Shown: positions 9,910 to 18,267 of the stretch, one piece after another
Layout of the letters: every line of letters begins with the position of its first letter
Position numbering within the stretch: position 1 is the first letter of the stretch
Origin: an uncultured Verrucomicrobiae bacterium
Lineage (GTDB): Bacteria; Verrucomicrobiota; Verrucomicrobiia; Chthoniobacterales; JAATET01
Length of the DNA: 64,000 bases
Reading direction: 5' to 3'
NCBI GenBank assembly: GCA_963719495.1
Contig: CAVRCI010000006.1
Span: forward strand, 64,001 to 128,000
Program-made: the position numbers and the translations under genes
Notes under the pieces: generated by a model
Seen by the model: only the letters and a program-made list of their open reading frames with translations
Told to the model about the DNA's origin: nothing
Databases searched by the model: none

Positions 9910-10662
9910 TTAGTAAACGATCTGGAGGTGTTTGTGGAGCAGCTCGCCCTTCTTCATGGCCTCGGCGTGGCCGTCGGCGAAGAGGAAGTTGGCCGCGTTG
10001 TCGTTGCCGTGCCGGTAGCGGACCCCAGCATAGCTGACGCCATCCTTGTCCAGGCCGGGGTCGACCGCTTGCTCGGCCTTGTCTTCGTTGCGGTCGTAGA
10101 CTCCAGGCTGCTTGAACATGTAGGCCTGAACCTTCCCATTGTCGCGCTGACACGCGTCCGCCAGCAGAATCGTGGACGACGGGCGTTGGACTTGCATCAT
10201 GCTGCGGAGCTGAGTGGCGCTGCTGTATTTCGCGTCGGGCATGACGTTGGGATTCACCGTGTAAGCCATCTCGTGCTCGGCGGTGCGGATCGTTTTGCCC
10301 GGGCAATCGAAGACACCGCCGAGGTCGCGCGCCCATTTGACGTCCTGCCCGTCCTGCCCGAGGTAGGGCGCGATGGCGTCGGTCCAGTAGGCGTATGGCC
10401 CCGTCTTGAACGAGCCGGCCGGATAAGTCTGGTTGTCGGCAACGTAGAGCTGGACGCCGATGCCGAGTTGGCGCTGATTCGACAGGCAGGCCGCGTCTTT
10501 CGTCTTGGCCATCGAACCCGACAGCATCGAAAAACTGAGTGCCGCCAGGGTGCCGATGATCCCGACGACAACGAGGATCTCGATGAGCGTGAAGGCTCGG
10601 TTTGACGAGTGATGAAAGGAAGCCGCCGGGAGGCGACGCCCTGAGAGGGAGGGGGTCTTCAT
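9910..10662 (-). CDS. Prepilin-type N-terminal cleavage/methylation + H-X9-DG domain protein
   Basis: AFTLIEILVVVGIIG, CLSNQRQLG, YRHGNDNAANFLFADGHAE. Confidence 0.9.
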   Translation of the reverse strand: MKTPSLSGRRLPAASFHHSSNRAFTLIEILVVVGIIGTLAALSFSMLSGSMAKTKDAACLSNQRQLGIGVQLYVADNQTYPAGSFKTGPYAYWTDAIAPYLGQDGQDVKWARDLGGVFDCPGKTIRTAEHEMAYTVNPNVMPDAKYSSATQLRSMMQVQRPSSTILLADACQRDNGKVQAYMFKQPGVYDRNEDKAEQAVDPGLDKDGVSYAGVRYRHGNDNAANFLFADGHAEAMKKGELLHKHLQIVY

Positions 10663-10915
10663 AATGGGGATGAACGAAAATCGGTCAAAGAGGGGTTCGC
10701 CGCAAATGTCCGATGGTTTTACGTTAAGCCGGCTCGCGATCCCGGGTGGGACGCTCGAAAATGCGAACCTCGGCGGGAGCGACAGCGATTGGCCCGCCAG
10801 CGGGGATGTCGCCGACTGGCGGTTCGGTCGGAAGCGAGGCTGGAGGATGGACGGCACCACGCTGCTCGCGAAGCCAACAATCCGCGGCTCGGACTACGAG
10901 CAGGAAAAAGCGCCC

Positions 10916-11415
10916 CTAAACCAACTCCGAAAGCCGCCGGGCATCGGGCCGGAGCGTGACGAGGTCGTTGATCGCGATCTCGCGACCCGTCGCCATGCTT
11001 TCGTTTCCCGCGATGCCGACGAGGATTGAGGCCGCGCCCTGCTCGTGGCCGGCGGAGCGTCCAAAGGGGTCGGCCGGCGGGTTGGTGGCGAAAATTTGTT
11101 CCTGGAGTAGAACGTCGCCGCCGCCGCGGCCGCCCTCGCCCGCCCGCACCGGAACGTCGTAGGCGGGCTTGAAGTGCGGCAGGACGCGGAGGCGGTGGTC
11201 GCCGCCGTGGGCGTGCTCGTTCGCGGGAATCGTGCGGCCCGCGTCGTCGACGAGGTGCGCGCCGTGGTCCTCCTCGTACTCCAGCCGACCGCGATCTCCA
11301 GTGAACGTGACGCGGAAGCCCTCGCGGGGGCTGAAGGCGTTGAGCGTATAATTGAGCAGCGCTCCGTCACGGTAGCGGACCATCACGTTCATCGTGTCCT
11401 CAATGCTGATGCGTT
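10916..11415 (-). pseudogene. C-terminal fragment of a Gfo/Idh/MocA oxidoreductase
   Basis: IEDTMNVMVRYRDGALLNYTLNAFSPREGFRVTFTGDRGRLE...GGGD...GAASILVGIAGNES; the Rossmann N-terminus is absent. Confidence 0.75.
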
Positions 11416-11770
11416 CAAGACAAACGGACCACCGCCCGTTAGTGTCAAATTCCCACTGCCGGTCATAATCGAATCGATCTGAAAGCTCTTGGTCTGTCCG
11501 CTTCCGCGCGAGAGGGTCATCTCCGAGGAACTCGCGGCATTGAGCCCGCCTGCCAAAATGTGCAGCGGATTTGCGTCGCCATGGGTGATCCGCCCCCCGT
11601 CTAAAATCAGATTCGAAATCGTGAAGGTGCTGGTTCCGCTCCCCTTGGTGAGCAGGCGACTGCCCGACACGATTGTAAGCGAGCCGCCTCCGAAAGTCGC
11701 ACCTCCGAAAGGCCCTCGGAATGTTTCCTCGGAAACGCCAAGATCGTCGCTGGTGAAGCAATCGTTGGCG
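11416..11770 (-). pseudogene. Internal fragment of an autotransporter-like/PEP-CTERM beta-repeat protein (boundaries approximate)
   Basis: ATFGGGSLTIVSGSRLLTKGSGTSTFTISNLILDGGRI...MTGSGNLTLTGGG; lower GC than flanks; no proper start or end. Confidence 0.55.
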
Positions 11771-11809
11771 CGACGATCCCCTCGAGGTGGCCCAGTAGGC
11801 TCGGCAGGT

Positions 11810-12035
11810 CGGCGTAGCGCGCATCCTCGTGGGCGAACGTCTGGTCGCCCTGCTCCCGCCACCCCAGCGTCCAAACGACCTTCCGGCCCACGGCGCAGCG
11901 CACCGCCTCCTCGTAGAGCCCGAAAAGCGCGCGTTTGCGCTCCGGGTCATGCATCGGCTCCCCGGGAAACGCCGCGCCGAAACGCTTCGCGCCGAGCGGC
12001 TCGGCGTGGTGCTGCGCGATCCAGAGACCGTAATC
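11810..12035 (-). pseudogene. Internal fragment of a GH115-like glycoside hydrolase, fused in frame to the sulfatase
   Basis: YGLWIAQHHAEPLG and VVWTLGWREQGD resemble the GH115 HHxEP and WTLGxRGxGD motifs. Confidence 0.6.
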
Positions 12036-13130
12036 CGCGCCGAACCGCGCCGCGTAGGGCCCCGAGATCTGGACCGGCCAACCCGGCAGGAAATTGCGGA
12101 TCAACTTGTACCGCTCCGTCCGCACGCACCGCATCGGGTCGTATTCGCCGCTGTGATACGTCATTTGCGCGAAGACCGCGTCCCGCGCCGAGCCCTCCCC
12201 GGTCGTGAGAAATTTCCAGAATGACCGACCCTGACACGCCGAAGGAACGGGCAGTTCCAGCGCGGTGAGGAGCGTCGGCGCGAGGTCGAGGTGACTCGTG
12301 AGCGCGGCGACGCGAGCGCCCGCCGGGATCGCGCCCGGGAGCCGCATGAGGAGCGCGCACTCGAGGCCCGGATCGTAGAGCGTCGCCTTCGCGCGGGGGA
12401 GTTCCGGCCCGTGGTCCGTCGTGAAGAAGATGAGACTCTCATCCTCGAGTCCCGCCCGCTCCAGCGCGTCGAGGATGCGCCCGACCGCGGCGTCGGCCCG
12501 CTCGATCCGGTGGCAAAACGTCGCGAGATCCTTCCGCGTGGCGAGGTCGTCCGGCAGGTAGGCCGGGACCTCGAGTCGGTCGACGACCGCCGGATCGTAA
12601 TCGTTCGCGTAGAGCCGGTGAACGTCGGAAAATCCGACCGACAGGAAAAACGGCGTCTCCCGCAGCCGGTCACCCTCGGTGTCCAACCTCGCGACGGCGG
12701 CGTCCGCGACGAGGTGCGACTTCGTCTCGAGCGTCCACCGCTCGTCGTAGGAAAACGTGATCTCGCTCGTGCGCTCGACGTCCTTCCGCGGCCAGGCGTC
12801 GCGCGCATCGTGCCGCTCGTGCTGGAGTCCGCAGAGCATCGAGCGGTAACCGTGGCCACGCAGGATGGTGGGCAGATCCTCAACGCCGTCGGCATACTTC
12901 CAGCCGCGATGCGTCAATCCGAGGATCCCGTGCTGGGCGGAGTATCGCCCCGTCATGAGCGTCGCCCGGCTCGGCGAACACTGCGGCGCGGTGCAGAAGT
13001 GCCGGTCGAACGCCGCGCCCTCCGCCGCGAGGCGGTCGAGATTCGGAGTCCGCACCCCGCCCCGACCGTAGCAACCCAGCCAGTCGCCGAGGTCGTGCCA
13101 GATGAACTCGATGACGTTCAACCGACTCAC
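12036..13130 (-). pseudogene. Formylglycine-dependent sulfatase, C-terminally truncated and fused (ORF runs on to 11607)
   Basis: HDLG, TPNLDRLA, CSPSRATLMTGRY, FTTDHG, KATLYDPG, RTERYKLIRN; the usual C-terminal ELYDL-DP-E segment is missing. Confidence 0.8.
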
Positions 13131-13161
13131 GCGGGTCAACCGAATCCGACGATCACGGGCA

Positions 13162-13674
13162 TCACTGCTCGGACAGCTCCTCGGCGGCCCCCGCGAGGTT
13201 CGGATCGAAATCCGCGTTGGGTGCGAGAATGACGGCATCGAGCCCCGCGATTTCCAAGGCATCGTTCCCCCGGATGATCACGATCTCGGCTCCGAGGTCC
13301 GCGACGGGATAGCGCCCATTTGATTTCCACGCCCAATCGTCGCCCGGCTTCCAGATCCACTTCAGCTCTTTCTGGGAGGCCCCCGGCGTCGGTGCCGCCT
13401 CGAGCTGCGTCGCCATCCCGCGCACGCGAGCTTAGACCGTGTATTCCGGCGCATCGGTCGGCGTCGCCATTTTGAAAACCGGATTGTCATCCTTCGGATG
13501 CATGGCGTAGGCCAGACCAAAAGCGTCGCCGTCCTTGGGCGACTTTGCGCCCGTCTCCCCAATCGTGGATTCCGCTTCAACGAAAATCGCGCCCTCGGTG
13601 AATTGGCCCAAGGCGGTGGGCCCCGTCAGCGTGACGCCGAGCAGAGCGAGAAGGAGAACGAAGTGGTTTTTCAC
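13162..13674 (-). pseudogene. Paralog of 9394-9891 with in-frame TAA at 13432-13434
   Basis: EYTV*ARVRG aligns to SYTVWIRARG; both halves are in the same frame. Confidence 0.8.
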
Positions 13675-13882
13675 GGAGGGGGCGGGAGCGAGGAATCAGC
13701 TCGACGGCATGATTAGGTCAGGAATCGCTACCCGCAAACCCACGCTGACTTGACGTTAAGCTGATCGTCGATCGAAGGAGGAGCTGCCGACCCGCGCCGT
13801 CGGGGGAGCCGTTACGTTCAGCGAGATGTTAAGGCTCGGCAGGAGCCTCGCCCTCCGGGGGAAATACCCTCCGGGGGATGAC

Positions 13883-14915
13883 TCATTGCGGGACTTTGCG
13901 GCGTTTGCGCATCGCCGCGAGGGTGAGGAGGCCTCCGATGATCATCAAGCCCCAGGTCGCGGGCTCGGGGACGGCGGTGTAGGTGAGGTTCAGGCCCAGA
14001 CCGTCCAGGCTTTGCGCGATGGCGAAGCCGCCGGCATTTCCCGGGTCGTTCGCGAAACTCGAGGTGTCGACCCGAAACTTGTCGGCGCTGAAGGCGCTGA
14101 TCCCGCCGCTCGCTGTGGCGATTGTCCAAGTGTAGCTGGTGCCGGAAACGAAATTCGCGGCCACGCCGGGAAGGTTGTCGAAGCCGAGCGAGTGGACGTC
14201 GACCACAAAGGGGTTCGCGACGCTGCTGTTGATCGTAAGGGTGCCCCCGATATCGAGAAGGTCCCAGTTCGTTCCGGCGGTGCCGGTGGCGGAATTGATT
14301 TCCCACAGGTAGGTGCCGCCGCCGTCCCACGTCTCGGCGACCGTCGTGAGGATTCCGGGGCTGTTCCCCGGCGAAATCGTGCCAGCGATTGTGATCGGAC
14401 CCGTGACGGTGCCCGAGCCGGAGAGGGTCTGGCCCGCGCGGATGGTGGTGCCCGCCGGATTCACGGCGAAGGTTGCGCCGCTGTTTACCTGGATGCGGGA
14501 GGAAGCCAGCGACCCGGTGCTGCCGAGGGACAGGGTGCCGGTCTAGATGGTGGTGACGCCGGTATAGGTGTTCGCGCGGGAGAGCGTGAGGTCGGCGGTG
14601 CCCGATTTGATGAAATTGCCGGTGCCGCTGATGACGTTGCCGAAGTTATAGGACAGGCCACCGTAGCGCATTTCGACCTCGCCGTTGTTCGTGATGTCGC
14701 TGGCGAAGCGGGATGCTGTCGAGGTCGATGCGCTGAGGACGAGCCGACCGCCGTCGACCCGCACGTTGGCCCCGCTGATGGAGCTGGTATTGAGGGTGGA
14801 TGCGAGGTTCACCGTGGTGGTGCCCGCCCTCATGAACCGAAGCGCCCCGCCAGAACCGGCCTGACTAACGCGAATATTTCCGAGCGTGACCGCGTCGGAG
14901 CGATTGGTCCTGAGC
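13883..14915 (-). pseudogene. PEP-CTERM protein with autotransporter-associated beta-strand repeat, 5'-truncated, in-frame TAG at 14543-14545
   Basis: KSGTADLTLSRANTYTGVTTI*TGTL, ISPGNSPGIL, AVPEPATW + TM + RKRRK. Confidence 0.8.
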
Positions 14916-14981
14916 GTCTCGCGCCAAGGCGGTCAAGAAGGCTCAACGCCGCGGCAATAGGACTCATCCCGGTCACCACTC

Positions 14982-15004
14982 AGGTGCGTCAATTTGACGC
15001 ACCT
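14982..15004. repeat. Perfect 11-bp inverted repeat AGGTGCGTCAA-T-TTGACGCACCT
   Basis: Read directly; lies at the shift to AT-rich sequence. Confidence 0.8.
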
Positions 15005-15231
15005 CTCCTTCCGCTAGATCCCCAAAAGTTTTAGTTATTTAGTAAAACAGAACAAAAATAATTTCTAGGAAAAGCAATTTCAATACTTCCGTTGCGGCAC
15101 CCTTCGCCGCATGGCTCCCGACCGGATGGGGAAAAACTTTCTATGCAGGAAGATTTTTCTTGATTTTGCTTTGGCGCCGTATTACAATAAGGCGTCAGCC
15201 GGTCTTTTATCAGGTGATTAGAGACCGTTGC

Positions 15232-15550
15232 GTGAACAAAACCTAAAAGAATAATCAACCTCAAAAGCCCTGTCACTCTCACTGAACAGCAAACGAACCT
15301 GCTCCTCCTGGTCGCAGAGAATCCGTTCGCGGACTTGGAATTCCTTCGGTGGCTTCGACCAAGCTGGAGCGGGTGGATGGCCTCGGCAATGGCGTCGCTC
15401 AAAGCCGAACTCAAGCTCGTTCACATGGCGGGTCGCTGCGAATATTCGCTCACCGAATCTGGAAGACGGTTCGTCGAAAACGTTGGAGCGGAATGCCCAA
15501 CGAACGTGGTCTTCGTCAATTTCCGCTCCAACCTCGAGGAGGCGGCCTGA
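15232..15550 (+). CDS. Small winged-helix-like protein (start uncertain; GTG at 15232 needs a one-base shift in an A-run)
   Basis: LTEQQTNLLLLVAENP...YSLTESGRRFV wing motif; abuts the next gene. Confidence 0.45.
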
Positions 15551-15551
15551 T

Positions 15552-15965
15552 ATGAGCGCGCTGACGGTTACCCAGACATTCTTGGACCGGTTGGGTCTCC
15601 CCTACCGCGCGGTCGGCGACTTCGCGTTCGAGGCGGAAGTCGAATGCAATAACGACCCCGCCGCGTGTTTGTTCATGCTCGCAGGAAACGATCTGGAAGT
15701 CGCGTTCATGCTGCCCTTCTACACCTTCGTGACCGACGAACTCTGCGCGTCCTTGGCTAACGTCAACCACCAGCTTCCAATGGGGCAATTCGTTGCCTGC
15801 GAGCAACTGAACGTCGTATCTGCCAACCTCGGTGTGCCAACGGGAAAAAACATGAGCCCCGAAATGGTGCAACTGGCCTACGAAGTGACCAAAGACCTCG
15901 TCGAGGCGTGGGCGGAAAAAGTGTGGGACGCAGCGTTGACGGCACTCGAAAATGAGGACGCGTGA
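15552..15965 (+). CDS. Hypothetical protein, YbjN/type III chaperone-like fold
   Basis: 137 aa, acidic; FLDRLGLPY and LANVNHQLPMGQF pattern. Confidence 0.55.
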   Translation: MSALTVTQTFLDRLGLPYRAVGDFAFEAEVECNNDPAACLFMLAGNDLEVAFMLPFYTFVTDELCASLANVNHQLPMGQFVACEQLNVVSANLGVPTGKNMSPEMVQLAYEVTKDLVEAWAEKVWDAALTALENEDA

Positions 15966-16227
15966 AGCGTCCGGCAAAAGCGAGGCCCGAAGTGCTCCAA
16001 CTCGAAGGAGCTTTGCGGCGGAGTCAGCGTCGTGCCAGCCCCCAACTTTGGCCTATCCCATTCACACCAACAACTCCATCCCTCCCGCTCGCACGCGACC
16101 ATTGACAGGGATTTCTGAACCAATGAACGGAATGATCCCGGAGATGCGGACGGCGAGGACCCCGGCGACGGTGAAGTTCGACTCGTCGCCTCAACTTGCG
16201 AGCGCAGAAGGAACCTGATCGGGAAAT

Positions 16228-17301
16228 TTACCGGAGCCGGATCTGCCGGGGAGGTTTCTGGTTAAACTGGGGGACTCGAAAGTCGACTTCCACCCTGCCT
16301 TCGGATTTGAGCTGTCGCAGCACGTCTTCGGAGTGCTGCCGCTTGACGCCATGTCCAAAACACACTTCGACCACCTCCATTTCATTGGCGCACTTTCCCG
16401 TCAAGATTTTCTCCCGTAGGTCCGCCGCGAATGCCCGCAGCTTTGTTGGCTCCTCGAACATCTCAAGCGAGAGAAACGGAGCGTGGTCCTGAAAATCTTC
16501 CTGGTTGATGTCGAAGTTCGCTTCGCCGTTGAGGGTGTCCTTCGTCCAAGCTGTGTTTAAGAATTTGTCCATCCCAAGAGGATGAGCACTCCCAAAAATC
16601 AACCCGTAGAGCTGCGAACCTTCCTTTTTGATCGAGAACGGCGCAAGGTAGTAGTGCAGGTTGGCGGCGATAAAGGTTCGGTAGAGCTCCACCACTGCTC
16701 GGTGGCAATGGTAGAAGCTATCCGATTTTTTGATCCGCAATCTCATCGCGGGGTGCTCACTGAATCGGTGAAGAAATGATGATGCGACGAATAACAGAAA
16801 GTCGGTGGTGGGTGCGCTGATGAGTTGTCGGAAAACTTCGTCGTCGACGTGGTTCACCCCACAGGGATCAATCAAAACGAGATTGGCAGTGTCCGAGCGG
16901 TGAAAGATCGGCAGCGCCCGCCTAAACGATTCTTCGAAAGGTATCGACCGAACATCCAGCGTTGCATGGGGAAGTTTATCTACGAGCGGACGGAGGTAGG
17001 ACTCGAGCGCCCGCGTTTTCTCTGCATCGGCATCGGAGAAATGAAAATGGAGTTTGATCTTTCCGTCGCTGAGTCGATGTCGGCATTCCAGTGCTTCCCG
17101 CACGACGCGAACGGGGCTGCCGGCCGTGCCCTCGACGTCCTGACCCGGACCAGCGAAGAAATCGAAAATGTGAACTTCGGGCCAGACCGGTTCCGGTCGG
17201 CTTAAAAATACTGGCAGCCACTCCCGGGCATAAAGCTGAAAGAGCTCCAGCTTTGCGAGCGTTCCCTGATCGAAGGGTTTCTCGTGGAAATCCGGTCGCA
17301 C
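16228..17301 (-). CDS. tcmP: Three-Cys-motif partner protein
   Basis: TLAKLELF..Y...W, IFDFFAGPG, GSP, LIDPCG, YGLIFGSAH; adjacent to DUF5131. Confidence 0.85.
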   Translation of the reverse strand: MRPDFHEKPFDQGTLAKLELFQLYAREWLPVFLSRPEPVWPEVHIFDFFAGPGQDVEGTAGSPVRVVREALECRHRLSDGKIKLHFHFSDADAEKTRALESYLRPLVDKLPHATLDVRSIPFEESFRRALPIFHRSDTANLVLIDPCGVNHVDDEVFRQLISAPTTDFLLFVASSFLHRFSEHPAMRLRIKKSDSFYHCHRAVVELYRTFIAANLHYYLAPFSIKKEGSQLYGLIFGSAHPLGMDKFLNTAWTKDTLNGEANFDINQEDFQDHAPFLSLEMFEEPTKLRAFAADLREKILTGKCANEMEVVEVCFGHGVKRQHSEDVLRQLKSEGRVEVDFRVPQFNQKPPRQIRLR

Positions 17302-17312
17302 GTCGGTTCCTT

Positions 17313-18101
17313 CTAGGCAGCAATCAGGTCGTTAAGAAGTCGGGCACGGCTGGCGGAGGACGCAACCGGACTGGCTTCTATTTTAGGAAACTCGCTGTAG
17401 GTGCGACCATCGAGCGTCCGGCCATTCTCTGCCTTGCGGACACCGCCCCATTGCTTGAAGAAGAAGGGAACCCGCTGGGCGCGGCACTGTGCCCGAACGG
17501 ACCGAACCCATGCCGCTTCGATTGGCCGGGCTCCATGCCCACTTTCGCCGCCGACGATCGCCCAGTGAATGCCTTTGAGGCTGAACTCACCCAAATCTTC
17601 AATCAGCGGCTCGATGGAGAGAAACGCCACGGCAGGCTTCGCCTTTCGGAGCAAATCGATACGGGGAAGACCATGTGACCTGTCCTCCACACTCACACCC
17701 CACCAGATATGGGAGGCCGCAGCGGCTTTTTTGAGCTTCGTCCGTAGCAAGCGGCTCATGCGGTCCGCACGCTTGGTCAAAATCTGGTAGGTGTGCCAGT
17801 TGGCCGCCATCATCACCCGGCAGACACTCTCCACGAAATCGTCCGGCACGTCAGGGTGAAAGAGGTCGCTCATCGAGTTGACGAAAATTCGGCGAGGGGT
17901 GCTCCAGCGAATCGGATCGCCAAGTTTCTCGGGAACCAAACGCAGGTCAAAACCGAATTCGAATGGATGACCGGGAACACCCCGGAAGCGCTCAGCGAAG
18001 GTCTCGGCATAGCAATGCTTGCAGCCCGCGCTCACCTTGGTGCAGCCACGCACCGGATTCCAAGTCGAGTCTGTCCATTCGATTTTCGATTTCTCGCTCA
18101 T
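17313..18101 (-). CDS. Phage Gp37/Gp68 family protein (DUF5131)
   Basis: KIEWTDSTWNPVRGCTKVSAGCKHCYAE, FVNSMSDLFH, QILTKR, IVGGESG, FFFKQWGG. Confidence 0.95.
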   Translation of the reverse strand: MSEKSKIEWTDSTWNPVRGCTKVSAGCKHCYAETFAERFRGVPGHPFEFGFDLRLVPEKLGDPIRWSTPRRIFVNSMSDLFHPDVPDDFVESVCRVMMAANWHTYQILTKRADRMSRLLRTKLKKAAAASHIWWGVSVEDRSHGLPRIDLLRKAKPAVAFLSIEPLIEDLGEFSLKGIHWAIVGGESGHGARPIEAAWVRSVRAQCRAQRVPFFFKQWGGVRKAENGRTLDGRTYSEFPKIEASPVASSASRARLLNDLIAA

Positions 18102-18267
18102 GATGTTATTCTATCACACGGGGTAGGACAATTACGGTCCGCCGGGTTGAACCCTCCTGCCGCTATGTCGTCTGCGATGACAATCGGCACTCGCTGGGCG
18201 AGTAAGTTTGCACTGAGGACGGTTGCGAGCCGTGGATCAACGGAAAAGTGGGCGGGCGTGACCATAC

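Noticed and set aside
16228..18101. Prophage, suggested by the Gp37/Gp68 name
   Set aside because: No structural, terminase or replication genes are present.
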